NCBI GenBank assembly: GCA_963824995.1
Contig: CAWGRK010000006.1
Coordinates: 68,273-132,272 of the forward strand
From: an uncultured Actinomycetes bacterium
GTDB lineage: Bacteria > Actinomycetota > Acidimicrobiia > Spongiisociales > DATADW01
Direction of reading: 5' to 3'
DNA: 64,000 nt
Made by a program: the position numbers and the translations under genes
In this document: positions 8,761 to 19,212 of the stretch, one piece after another
How positions within the stretch are numbered: position 1 is the stretch's first letter
Layout: every line of letters begins with the position of its first letter
The notes under the pieces: model-generated
What the model saw: the letters and a program-made list of their open reading frames with translations, nothing else
The model's database searches: none
What the model was told of the DNA's origin: nothing

Positions 8761-10107
8761 CCGCCCCTTCGGCCGGTGAGGTTGCCGAGTTGTTGGTTGC
8801 GCTCATCCGGAATGCATGCGTCAACGACGGGACGCCCGAATCGGGTTACGAATCTCGATCCGTGGAGACGCTGGCTGAGGCTCTCGGCGAGCCCGACGAG
8901 GTGGTCGAACCGGCGCCGGGGAGGCAGAGCGCAGTCTGGCGAGTGCCCGGGACGGTGCCCGGGGCGCCGCGGCTGGCGCTGATGGGGCACCTCGATGTGG
9001 TGCCGGCCAACCCCGAGGGGTGGTCGGTGGACCCCTTCGAGGGGGTGATCCACGACGGGTTCGTATGGGGGCGTGGTGCGGTGGACATGCTCAACCTCAC
9101 CGCGGCCATGGCCGCCGTGTTCGGCCGCTACCGCCGCGGTGACCTCGACGCGCTGCCCGGCGATCTCCTCTTCCTGGCGGTGGCCGACGAGGAGAACGGC
9201 GGTGGGCTCGGCGCCGATCCACTCGTGAGGGAGCGATGGGACCTGGTCGGTTGTGAGGCACTGCTCACCGAGATCGCCTACCCGGCCCTCGAGACCCCGG
9301 GCGGTATCGCCTACCCGGTGAATGTCGGGGAAAAGGGCCCTCACTGGCGCAGGCTCATCAGCCGTGGGACCCCGGGGCACGGCAGCGTTCCATATGGCCA
9401 GGACAACGCGCTGATCCCGCTGGCACGCGCCATGGCGGGAATTGCCGCGGCGGAGATGCCGGTCTCGATCAGCGATGAATGGCGCGCCTTCGTGGAGGCG
9501 CTGGAGCTCCCCAAGGATGAGAGCGATGCCCTGCTCGATATGGAACGGGTCGATGCCGCCATCGAAGCCTTGGAGTCAGAGTCAATGGGGATGGCCCGGT
9601 ATGTCCATGCGTGCACCCATCTCACGGTGAGTCCCAATGTCTTCGGGACAGGGGGCAAGGCCAACCTCATACCCGACCACGTGGTGGGCGAGGTCGATGC
9701 CAGAGTGCTCCCCGGTCAGGACGCCGACACCGTTGACGACCATCTTCGCAAGGCGATGGGCGCCGACTCCGACCGAATCGAGTTGCTCCCGGTGATGGAC
9801 CACATGGCCAACTCGAGCCCTACCCGCGGGCTGCTGTGGGAGGCGATCGTCGAGGGGATCGCCGGTCTCACCGGGTCAAGGACGCGTTGTCCCAGCCCTC
9901 ACCCCGGCGACCACCGATGCCCGCTTCTTCCGCGACCGGGGGACCACCAGCTACGGGGTGGGGATGTTCGACGACCGGGTGTCGTTCTCCGACTTCCTCG
10001 ACATGTTCCACGGGAACGACGAACGTGTCAGCGTCGAATCACTCGGCCGCACCGCCGACCTGCTCGACCGGGTGCTCGAGGGGTGGGGAAGGCGTACCGC
10101 CGGGTGA
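8757..10107 (+). pseudogene. M20/M25/M40-family metallopeptidase, one apparent frameshift near 9868-9885
   Basis: TTG 8757 (TTGA overlap with the NUDIX stop) is a tentative start; no canonical alternative was checked. MGHLDVVPA and VADEENGG motifs. After ...GIAGLTG the homologous C-terminus (VVPALTPATTDARFFRDRGTTSYGVGMF...VLEGW) continues in the +1 frame to TGA 10105-10107. Confidence 0.7.
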
Positions 10108-10853
10108 ACCTGGTCGCCGACATCGATGGCGTGGTCCTGCTCGGTGAGCAACCGGTGCCCAGGGCGGGGGAAGCGTTGATGCGCTTCGATCGGGCAGGTT
10201 GGAAGGTGCTGTTCGTTACCAACAACTCGTCACGCGGTGCGAGTTCGATAGCCCAACGGATCCGATCGATTGCCGGTTATCCCGCCGGGGATGAGCAGGT
10301 GCTGCATTCCGGGCGGGCGGCGGCCCTGCTCACCGGCCGGGGCCCTGCCTTCGTCCTGGGCGGGGATGGCATCGTCGAGGGGTTGGAGGAACGCGGGGTC
10401 GAGATCACGACCGAGTGGCAGGAGGCGCGGGTGGTGGTCGTTGGTCTCGACAGAGCGCTGACCTACGAACGGCTGCGCGACGCGGTCCTGGCGGTGAGGG
10501 CCGGTGCGGCGCTAGTCGCATCGAACGACGACGCCACGTACCCGACATCGGAGGGGCAATGGCCGGGCGCCGGCGCCATGGTGGCGGCGGTGGAACGCGC
10601 CAGCGGGGTGACCGCGGCGGTCGCCGGGAAGCCGCACGAGGCAATGGTCGAACTGGTGGTCGAGCGTCTCGGTCCGGGAGAGGTGTGGATGGTGGGTGAC
10701 AGGCCCGAGACCGACCTGGCAATGGCAGAGCAAGCCGGATGGAAGTCGGCTCAGGTGCTCACCGGGGTATCGAGCGAGGCCCATCCGCTGGCTGACCTGG
10801 TGACGGCTGATCTGGCCGAGTTGGCGGATCGACTGGTGCCGGGTGATGGGTGA
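10104..10853 (+). CDS. HAD-IIA family hydrolase (NagD-like phosphatase)
   Basis: GTG 10104 (GTGA overlap). DIDGVV, VTNNSS, GKP, GDRPETD motifs. It is the 3' part of ORF 8685..10853. Confidence 0.75.
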   Translation: MNLVADIDGVVLLGEQPVPRAGEALMRFDRAGWKVLFVTNNSSRGASSIAQRIRSIAGYPAGDEQVLHSGRAAALLTGRGPAFVLGGDGIVEGLEERGVEITTEWQEARVVVVGLDRALTYERLRDAVLAVRAGAALVASNDDATYPTSEGQWPGAGAMVAAVERASGVTAAVAGKPHEAMVELVVERLGPGEVWMVGDRPETDLAMAEQAGWKSAQVLTGVSSEAHPLADLVTADLAELADRLVPGDG

Positions 10854-10947
10854 CGGCTGTATCGATGCAGCGCCCGTCGAGCCTTGACCGAGTCAGCTAC
10901 TTCACGATGCCGAACCTTCAAGATGACCGATGGCCTTGCCGGCATGT

Positions 10948-12219
10948 CTAGCTCTCCCCCCTGAGGTCATCGACCCCGAGTTCGCCGGCCAGCCTGATCG
11001 CCTCGTCGAGTTGGACTGGCGACAGGGCGAATCGGTGGGCGAGCGCCACTTCCAGCTCCTTTGCCGCTCGTCGCTCGTTGCCGTTGGCGGCGAGCACACG
11101 TGCCCCGTGGTAGCGGAGAACCGGATCGCGCGAACCCAGCCGGAGCGCCTCCTCGATCCTCGGAAGCGCAGCACGAGCCCGGCCTGAGCGGAACAGCGCC
11201 CAACCCAAGGCGTCGGCGGCATGGATCGTCGGCCGGGTGCGGTAGGCGGCTCTAGCCAGCGACACCGCTCTCGCCGGGTCGCCGTGATCCGCCTCGAATC
11301 GGGCCATCTCCAGATCGACCACCTGCCCTTCCCGCTCTGATAGCCGGGCGATGGTCCGGACCAGGTCGAACTGGGCGGCGGCATCGCTGTCCCGACCGAG
11401 CTCGGAGTAGACCTCCCCGAGCAGGACGACAGCCTCGGGCGCCGGGTACCGCTCCACCGTCGCTTCGAGGATGGCGGCAGCGGTCGCCGGGTCGTCCCGA
11501 ACCAGGGCAACCCGTGCGGAGCCGAGGGCGCTGACCGTCATGCCGGGGGCGAGACCGTCCGCCTCGGCGAAGGCGGCGGATGCGCCGTCGAGATCGCCCG
11601 CCGTCAGCATCAACTGGCCGGATAGGGCGGTGACCGTGGCAACGTCGTGGACGGAGCCCGAGCCCGCCAGCCGCGCCTGTTCCATCGCCTCGATGGCTCC
11701 GTCGAGATCGCCGTGGAGCTCTCGAAGGTAAGAAGCCCGCGAGAGCGCTGCGAGCGCAGGACGGAGATCGAGCATCTCCTGGAGATGGCCGGCAGCCGAG
11801 CCATACCGCCCCAGTTCGATCTCGGCGTCCACCACGACGGCGAGCGGATCGGCGGAGAACGGATCCGACGAACGCGCTGCCAGGCCGAGCCGCAGGGCCT
11901 CTTCGAAGTCGTGTCGAGCCAAGGCGAGCACCCCGAGTGCGGTTGCTGTCCGCGGGTCCCCTGGGGCGAGCTCCTCGGCCTCTGTAAGAACCCTCTCCGC
12001 CGCCGTGTAGAGCGCCGGGTCGCCCACTTCCGCAGCCCGCTGCAGGTAGGCGACGCCGAGCCTCTGTCTTCCTCCCAGGTCCGAGGGGTCCACCGAGACC
12101 CGATCTTCCAGAATGGCGATCGTCTCCTCCAACGTTGCGGCGGATGAGGCCGCAACCTCGGCCGGGTCGTGGGCGGTGAGGAACCTGCCGACCGCCAGAC
12201 CGACGAGGAGAGCGACCAT
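10948..12219 (-). CDS. Tetratricopeptide-repeat protein with N-terminal membrane anchor
   Basis: 423 aa. N-terminal hydrophobic MVALLVGLAVGRFL, then Ala/Leu/Arg-rich helical repeats. Immediately downstream of the DUF4331 gene. Confidence 0.65.
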   Translation of the reverse strand: MVALLVGLAVGRFLTAHDPAEVAASSAATLEETIAILEDRVSVDPSDLGGRQRLGVAYLQRAAEVGDPALYTAAERVLTEAEELAPGDPRTATALGVLALARHDFEEALRLGLAARSSDPFSADPLAVVVDAEIELGRYGSAAGHLQEMLDLRPALAALSRASYLRELHGDLDGAIEAMEQARLAGSGSVHDVATVTALSGQLMLTAGDLDGASAAFAEADGLAPGMTVSALGSARVALVRDDPATAAAILEATVERYPAPEAVVLLGEVYSELGRDSDAAAQFDLVRTIARLSEREGQVVDLEMARFEADHGDPARAVSLARAAYRTRPTIHAADALGWALFRSGRARAALPRIEEALRLGSRDPVLRYHGARVLAANGNERRAAKELEVALAHRFALSPVQLDEAIRLAGELGVDDLRGES

Positions 12220-12286
12220 CGCCAGCGCAAGGGCACGGACGGCGGGGGACGATGCCCCCCGCCGCTTCCGTACCGGCGAAGCCGAT

Positions 12287-13707
12287 TCAGGCGTCGCTGT
12301 TGGTGTGATCGTGGACGTGGTCGTATCCCTGGTGCGGTGTCGGCATGTAGGGGAAGCCGGTCAGGAATGGCCGGTCGTTCCCCGTGGCGCCGTCGTTGAG
12401 GGCGTTGTTCGGGAACACGTTGAACGGGCTGTCGAAGCTCGCTCCGGCGCACCCATCTGCGGGGTCACCGCTGTCGCTGTCGCAGAACACACCCGCCACC
12501 GCCTGGAGCGAGGTGTCGACGATGTCGTCCTGGAGCGTCCTTCCGTTGGGGAAGCCGCTGGGCAACGTGGTGTTGATGCGGAGCATCTCCGACGGCTTGA
12601 CGTTCCTGGGCTGGTTGATGCCCCGGGATCCCGGTGAGGAATATGGTCACCAGGTCGTTGCGCGGCGCCTGCGGGACCTGGATCCCACTCGAGCCGTACA
12701 GCGCCGGGATCAGCCGCCCCAGTTCCGGGTCGACGACGAAGTTGAGGAACTGTGCGTCGTCGCGTGGCTCGCTGGCGTTGAAGCGGTCCTTCTTGCCCAG
12801 AGGGATCACGACCTCGTTGACCAGGGGCATCCCCAGCCGCGAGACCTGGACCCAGTCCCCGAGGTGGAACGGCTTGGACCCGTCGCCAAAGGCGAAGACC
12901 CGGGTCTGACGACGGTAGGTCGTCGAGTAGACCCCGAGCACCGGGTCGTCGTCCACCAGCCTGGAGGCTGGGATCTCCATCACGATCGAGTGGACGTTGT
13001 ACCCGGTTGTGGCGTCGATCCCGGACTCGGCGTCGAGCGGGCAGCAGGTGGAAATTGTTGAAGCGGCCGCAGACCGCCCAGGTCGAAGATCGACCCGAGG
13101 TCGACGGGAACGCCTCGTCGCGCTGACCGGCGAAGACCTTGATCCCACCAGGAAGGCTGTAGACGGCCTGTGCCGCCAGGTTCTCGTAGTTCGGGGTCGA
13201 GCGCTCGGACCGATGTTGTTGGGCGGCGACGAGGAGCGCCGCTGCCCAGCTTGGTCCTCCGGCCGTTCTTGACCTCCGACACCGTGTAGGTCTGACGCAC
13301 GTTGAAGTCGGCGTCGTCGAGCGACGTGATCGGGCCGGTGTTGTAGAGGAACGTGTTCGGGTTCTCGATCGTGGTGGTGAACCGGAACTCGTAGACGACG
13401 TCGTCCTTGGCGTCGCCGTCGTTGTCGATGTTGATCTCGTAGAGCACGTCGTCGCCGAACTTGTAGAAGTTCGGGCCGCCGGCCGGCTCCTCGAACGGGA
13501 TCCAGTTGGCGACCACGTCACCGTGTCGGGCCCGTCAGGGCTCACGAAGGCGTAGACGTCGGTGTTGTCGGCCACGGGATCCTCGGTGATCAGCGGCGCC
13601 TCGCGGTGGCTGGAGGCTCCTATGGGTGAAAGCAGCGCCATGAAGAGCGCAGCAGCCAACCCGAGGACCACCAACACCACGGGCAGTCGCCGTCGTGCGA
13701 GGGACAT
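12287..13707 (-). pseudogene. DUF4331-family secreted protein with His-rich C-terminus; at least four reading-frame changes
   Basis: Signal peptide and N-terminus in ORF 12361..13707 (ASSHREAPLITEDPVADNTDVYAF). Continuation in ORFs 12980..13516 (VANWIPFEEPAGGPNFYKF...), back to 12361..13707 (STPNYENLAAQAVYSLPGGIKVFAGQRDEAF), then 12465..13148 (GIDATTGYNVHSIVMEIP...) and 12287..12586 (...PTPHQGYDHVHDHTNSDA). AGGAGG RBS before ATG 13707. Confidence 0.7.
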
Positions 13708-13839
13708 TCGATTCCTCCTATGTCGGGTTTGTTTCTGTGTGTCTGTGCCCTTGGTGGCTGGTCAGGTGCGGGCGGCTCGGGCGGGACGCGCCAACTCCGG
13801 TTGATGGGTGAGGCGGGTCGCGGGAGCGCCTACCGAGGC

Positions 13840-14710
13840 TCATCCCGCCTCCCCGCCTGGCAGGACTCCGATGACAATCCACTCAACGCCGACAGGGGCG
13901 AGGACAACCTGCAGCGGGACAGGGGACTCGACTGTCACCGCGCGGCCCCATTGATCGAACTCCGGACCGAACGCCCCGACGAACTGGGCAGCGTCGATCT
14001 GGTCCTCGAGCGGTCCCGGCCTTCCCACCTCGACCGGTCCGACCGCCCCGCACAGCGAGTCCGCCAGGCCGGGGTTTCCGAGCAGTCCGCCCTCGTACTC
14101 CTCGGCCATGATGCATGCGGTTCGGTCAATGACCCAGCGACGGGCAGATTCCGTGGCCGCGACTCTCGGGGGCGTAGCGAGGCTCGACGACGGTCTCGAA
14201 GAGGGCGATGCGCCATCCACCGGACTCGCGAACCAGGTGCCAGGTGACGATCGCATCGCCAGGGACCAGTCCAGAGACCTCGTCGAGCGAAGGGGTGAAA
14301 GCGACATCAGTCACCACTTGGCTCGAGCCACCGGTCTTCCCGCCGGACCGGATCGAGAAGGTCTCCACCGGGGGGAGCAGGTCGGCATGCGCCGCTTCCC
14401 ACCCCGCAACCGACCCGAGGGTCTGCCGGTCCTCCCGGCTGAGGAAGGTGAAGGACTCGGTCAGCGTTCCCTCCTGCTCGGCGGCGAGGAAGCCCTCGAT
14501 GGCAGCAACAGCTGATTCCGGAGCAGTCGATGTGTCGGGTGCGGCTGTCGTCGGTGTGGTGGTGGCGGCGACCGCCTCCGTAGCCAACCGTCTGATCGGC
14601 TCGGTGGCTGGTGCCCGGTACCTGTCGATCAACAGGGTCGCTCCGATTCCGACCGTCAACCCGAGGATCACCACGATCAAATCGCGTCGTCTGGGCATCT
14701 GCCTTCGCAT
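13840..14710 (-). pseudogene. Hypothetical membrane-anchored protein, one apparent frameshift near 14150-14170
   Basis: ATG 14710 (MRRQMPRRRDLIVVILGLTVGIGATLLI). Thr/Ala-rich linker. Plausible domain continues from ORF 14126..14860 into ORF 13840..14307. Confidence 0.4.
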
Positions 14711-14858
14711 CCCCCTTCGGGTCACTGCTTGCCGGCGCTGGTTCGGAGCAGGTGGTCCGCTGGTTTGGCTGCCGGCGGAGAAGGAGGTGGGCGGCCGGGG
14801 ACAGTCATGGCCCACGGAAGATCCCCCCGGTTGGGGCGCCGCGGTGGATAATGGCGCC

Positions 14859-14990
14859 ATGACCGATCAGATCGAGGCTCTGCTCGAGGAACTGGAGGCG
14901 GCGGATCCCGGTGCCGCCCCCGACATATCGGATCGACTCGTCGACCTGCTCGGCGAGGCGCTGGACCCCGATCCGGACGGCGACGACTGA
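14859..14990 (+). CDS. Small acidic hypothetical protein (43 aa) upstream of tlyA
   Basis: ATG 14859: MTDQIEALLEELEAADPGAAPDISDRLVDLLGEALDPDPDGDD. A small ORF occupies the same position before tlyA in mycobacteria (from memory). Confidence 0.35.
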   Translation: MTDQIEALLEELEAADPGAAPDISDRLVDLLGEALDPDPDGDD

Positions 14991-15013
14991 GCCGTTCCCG
15001 GCTCGATCAGGCG

Positions 15014-15769
15014 TTGGTGGCGCGCCGCCAAGTCCTCTCTCGGGGTGAGGCGCAGCGCGCCGTCAGCGAAGGCCGGGTGACTGTGGACGGCGTGACCGCG
15101 CTCCGGTCATCGGCTCTGGTCAACGCATCCAGCAGGCTGGTGGTGGACCAGGCGCCGACCGCGTTCGTCTCGCGAGGCGGGCACAAGCTGGATCACGCCA
15201 TCGATGACCTGGACGTGGCGGTCGCCGGGCGCCGGTGCCTAGACGCGGGGGCATCTACCGGCGGGTTCACCGACTGCCTCTTGCAGCGAGGAGCCCAGCA
15301 GGTGGTTGCGCTCGACGTAGGCCACGACCAGATGGCGCCGGCGCTCGCTGCCGACGAGCGAGTGGTTGCGCTCGACGGGACCAATCTCCGCAACGCCGAC
15401 CCGAGGATGCTCGGGACACCATTCGACCTCATCGTCGCCGATCTCTCGTTCATCTCGCTCTGTGTCGTCGCCAATGCTCTGGCTGGGTTGTCCGGCGAGA
15501 GCACCGATCTCGTGCTCCTGGTCAAGCCTCAGTTCGAGGTTGGCCGGGGGGCGCTCGGCAAGGGCGGTGTGGTCCGCAACCCAGAGTTGTGGGCGATGGC
15601 GTTGCAGAAGGTCATCGGATGCCTGGACACGGCGGGTCTGGGTGTGGTGGGGCTCACCGCAGCGTCGTTGCGGGGGGAGCGAGGCAACCAGGAATTCTTC
15701 GTGCTTGCCCGTCCGGGGCCTGCATCGCTCAGACCCGAAGCGATCGTGGCAGGCGAGATGGCGACATGA
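15014..15769 (+). CDS. tlyA: TlyA-family rRNA (cytidine-2'-O)-methyltransferase
   Basis: S4-like N-terminus followed by an FtsJ-type MTase (DAGASTGGFTDCLLQRGA). The frame stays open upstream (LSRSRLDQAL) with no ATG/GTG/TTG, so the true start is uncertain (TTG 15014 or CTG 14987). Confidence 0.85.
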   Translation: MVARRQVLSRGEAQRAVSEGRVTVDGVTALRSSALVNASSRLVVDQAPTAFVSRGGHKLDHAIDDLDVAVAGRRCLDAGASTGGFTDCLLQRGAQQVVALDVGHDQMAPALAADERVVALDGTNLRNADPRMLGTPFDLIVADLSFISLCVVANALAGLSGESTDLVLLVKPQFEVGRGALGKGGVVRNPELWAMALQKVIGCLDTAGLGVVGLTAASLRGERGNQEFFVLARPGPASLRPEAIVAGEMAT

Positions 15770-16584
15770 GGATGGCTCTGGTGCCGCACATCGAGCGGAG
15801 GGACGCGCTCGAGGTCGGTCGCAAGATGGCCGCCGGCGGGCGGGCACGGGGCATAGAGGTGACCGCCGATGTAGCGGCGGCCGGGGCTCTCGAGATCGAC
15901 TCGGTGCCATTCGAGGACTTCGATCTGGTGGTCGCAGTAGGAGGAGACGGGACGATGCTCTCCGCCGTCCAGTTGGCCCTCCGGGAGGATGTGCCCGTGC
16001 TCGGAGTGAACCTGGGCACCGTCGGCTTCCTCGCCGACGCCGAGGTGAGCGATCTCGAGATGGTGCTCGACCGGCTCGCTTCCGGATCCTGGACCGTGGC
16101 AGAGAGGATGACGCTGCATGCCGCCGCCGGCGGGCACGAGGCGGTCGGTGTCAACGATGTCGTGGTCGAGAAGGTGGACAGTCAGAGGCTGGTCGCCCTC
16201 TCGGTCGCTTTCGACGGCGAGCCGTTCCTGACCTACCGGGCGGACGGCCTCGTCTTTGGGACGCCGACCGGGTCAACTGCGTACAACTTCTCCGCCGGGG
16301 GCCCCTTGGTCGATCCCGGGCTCGAGGCAATCGTGCTCACCCCGGTGGCGCCCTTCTCGCTCTTCACCAGGAGCGTCGTGCTCGACGCATCGGTGGTCGT
16401 CCAGTGCACGGTCGCCCAGGATCGCTATGTCAGGGTGAGCACCGACGGCGTACCCGTTGCCGAACTGGCACCGGGGGATGTCGTCGAGATCCGTCGCGGC
16501 GAGCGGCCGGTCCGCTTCGTCCAGATGAGCGGGCGGAGTTTCCCCGCACGGGTCAAGACGAAGTTCCGTCTCGGCGGGTTGTGA
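15766..16584 (+). CDS. nadK: NAD+ kinase
   Basis: ATG 15766 (ATGA overlap with tlyA). GGDGTML and NLGTVGFL motifs. It is the 3' part of ORF 15235..16584. Confidence 0.9.
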   Translation: MRMALVPHIERRDALEVGRKMAAGGRARGIEVTADVAAAGALEIDSVPFEDFDLVVAVGGDGTMLSAVQLALREDVPVLGVNLGTVGFLADAEVSDLEMVLDRLASGSWTVAERMTLHAAAGGHEAVGVNDVVVEKVDSQRLVALSVAFDGEPFLTYRADGLVFGTPTGSTAYNFSAGGPLVDPGLEAIVLTPVAPFSLFTRSVVLDASVVVQCTVAQDRYVRVSTDGVPVAELAPGDVVEIRRGERPVRFVQMSGRSFPARVKTKFRLGGL

Positions 16585-16585
16585 C

Positions 16586-18191
16586 GTGCTCGACGAGCTT
16601 TCGGTTCGCAACCTGGGCATCATCTCGACGGCCCGGCTCGAGCCCGGGCCTGGGTTGGTGGTGGTGTCCGGTGAGACTGGAGCGGGCAAGACGCTTCTGC
16701 TCGGCGCTTTGCGACTGCTCTGCGGAGAGACCGCACGCCCTGACCTGATCGGTCCCGATGGCGACGAGACGAGCGTGGACGCCCGCTTCTTCCGCGGCGA
16801 CGAGGAGTTCACGGTCACCCGGCAACTGCTCCGTGGCGGACGCAGCAGGGCATACCTCGACGGCGCGCCGGTTCCAGCCCGGGTCCTCGTCGACCGTATC
16901 GGGGGCATGGTCGAGGTCGTCGGTCAGCACGATCAACAGTCGCTGAGCAGACCGGCTGAGGTGCGCGCCGTGTTGGACCGACTGCTCGACGATGCCGGGA
17001 GGCGAGCACGCGACGGCTACCGGGCCGCCTGGGACAGGGTGCAATCGCTCTCGAGAGAGAGCGCTGGGCTGGGAGGCGGGAGAGAGACGGTGGAGCGCGA
17101 TGCCGCCCTGGCGAGGTTCCAGGCGGCGGAGATCGCCGGCGCCGGGTTCGTCGCCGGGGAAGACGCAGAACTGGAGCAGAGGCTGAGCCGGCTCCGCCAC
17201 CTCGGAGAGTTGACCGAGCGACTCGCTACGGCCCACGCCGCCGCCACCCGAGCAGGCGACACCATCGGCGAGGTTGTTGCGGTGATGAGGCGAGCGGCGA
17301 CGCTCGACGGGTCGTTCGAGCCGCTGGCGAAGCGGGCCGAGGAGTCCCAGGCGGTGACTGGCGACCTCACCGTCGAGTTGCGCGCCGCCGCATATGCCCT
17401 CGAGGACGATCCTGCGCAGCTTGCGGCGTTGGAGGAGCGGTTTGCCTTGCTCGGCTCGCTCCGCCGGAAATACGGAGCCACACTCGAGGAAATCCTTGCC
17501 TTCGGCGAGGAGTCCGCTGCCCGAGCCGACGAGTTGGAGCGGATGCTCTCGAGGGCGGGGGAGGTCGAGAGTGAATCGGCCCAAGCCGGTCATGACCTGG
17601 AACGCCGTGGCTCCCGGCTGCGACAGAGCCGTGCCGCAGCGGGAGGTCGGCTGGCCGAGTCGGCGCGGGACCATCTCCGCACAGCTCGGGTTCAGCGACC
17701 CCCACCTCGAAGTCGATATATCACCGGCCAAGCCAGGTCCGGATGGTGCTGAAACGATCCGATTGCTCTTCGCCTCCGACCGGCGCCTCACGCCCAACGA
17801 AGTGGGACGCGTCGCCTCGGGTGGGGAACTGAGCCGGCTGATCCTGGCCCTCCGTCTCGCCGGCGGAGCAGGTCGCTCCCCTGTGGTCGCATTCGACGAG
17901 GTGGACGCAGGCGTGGGTGGGACTACGGCGCTGGCTCTCGGCGCAAAGCTGGCCGAGCTGGCAGCGGACCGTCAGGTGCTCTGCGTGACCCATCTGCCGC
18001 AGGTCGCCGCCTTCGCCGACACCCATGCCGTGGTGCGGCGCGACGGGCCGTCGGCGACTGTCGAGGTGGTCGAGGGAAAAGAGCGACTCGAGGAGTTGAG
18101 CCGCATGCTTTCCGGGCTCCCCGAGAGCGAGCGGGGCAGGGAGCACGCCGGGGAACTGCTCGCCATCGCAGCCGCCGGTTCGGCCGGCTGA
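16586..18191 (+). pseudogene. recN: DNA repair protein RecN, one apparent frameshift near 17674-17690
   Basis: N-terminus LDELSVRNLGIISTARLEPGPGLVVVSGETGAGKT (ORF 16586..17752). C-terminus with SGGELSRL and FDEVDAGVGG in ORF 17394..18191. Confidence 0.85.
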
Positions 18192-18210
18192 CCTACGATC
18201 GGAGAACGAG

Positions 18211-18978
18211 ATGACTGGCGAGAACCTCGGTGTGAAGCACGATGGCCGGGTCACCCGGCTGGTGCTCGACCGGCCGGATCGGCGCAACGCCCTCGGTCTG
18301 GCGATGATGCGGGAGTTGATCGAGGCGATCGAGGAACTCCCCGCCGAGACCGAGTTGGTCGTGCTCGGCGCCGAGGGACCCGTGTTCTCCGCCGGACACG
18401 ACCTCTCCGAGATGGTCGGCGCTGCCGAGGATCACCATCGGTTGCTCTTCGATGCGTGCACCGAGGTGATGCTCGCTCTCCACCGCATCCCCCAGCCGGT
18501 GGTGGCCAGGGTCCAAGGCCCGGCCACCGCCGCAGGCTGCCAACTCGTGGCGAGCTGCGACCTGGCGGTAGCGGCCGAGTCGGCCTGGTTCGCCACCCCT
18601 GGGGTGAAGATCGGGCTGTTCTGCTCGACGCCAATGGTCCCATTGACCAGAGCGGTCGGGCGCAAACGCGCCATGGAGATGCTGCTCACCGGGGACCGCA
18701 TCGACTCGGCAACCGCCGTGGAGTGGGGTTTGGTCAACAAGGCGGTGCCCGACGACCGGCTCGATGACGAGATCGACGAATTGGTGGAACGTATCCTCAG
18801 CTCCAGCCGGAGGGTCATCGGGCTTGGCAAGAAAGCGTTCTACGACCAGGTGGACGTCACCGAGGAGGAGGCATACCGGTCGATGGCGGCCGTGATGACC
18901 GGCAACGCCGGGCTGGCCGATGCCCAGGAGGGAATGTCCGCTTTCCTGGAGAAGCGGAAGCCCACCTGGCCGGACTGA
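18211..18978 (+). CDS. Enoyl-CoA hydratase/isomerase (crotonase) family protein
   Basis: 255 aa. RVTRLVLDRPDRRNAL..., oxyanion-hole region FSAGHDL, GPATAAGCQLVASCDL. Confidence 0.8.
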   Translation: MTGENLGVKHDGRVTRLVLDRPDRRNALGLAMMRELIEAIEELPAETELVVLGAEGPVFSAGHDLSEMVGAAEDHHRLLFDACTEVMLALHRIPQPVVARVQGPATAAGCQLVASCDLAVAAESAWFATPGVKIGLFCSTPMVPLTRAVGRKRAMEMLLTGDRIDSATAVEWGLVNKAVPDDRLDDEIDELVERILSSSRRVIGLGKKAFYDQVDVTEEEAYRSMAAVMTGNAGLADAQEGMSAFLEKRKPTWPD

Positions 18979-19142
18979 ATCTCAGGTGACGATCCGGGTG
19001 GCGACGTCCCTCGGCCCGACCGGGGCCCCAGGGAGGCCCACTCCGCCGGACTCGATCTCAACCGCCCAACTGCGCCCTCCGATCCGGGCCTGCACCCGGG
19101 GAAGGGGAGGGGGACCGAGCCGGCCGATCAGGTACGTCCACA

Positions 19143-19154
19143 TCGATCGATCGA
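19143..19154. promoter_or_regulatory. Perfect 12-bp palindrome TCGATCGATCGA upstream of the acyl-CoA synthetase gene
   Basis: Self-complementary 12-mer in the 234-nt intergenic region, about 60 nt before GTG 19213. Confidence 0.3.
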
Positions 19155-19212
19155 GCGAGCGTACGCCTCCCAAGACCCCTCTACGCTCGGACTGCATCTG
19201 TAGAGGAGACAA

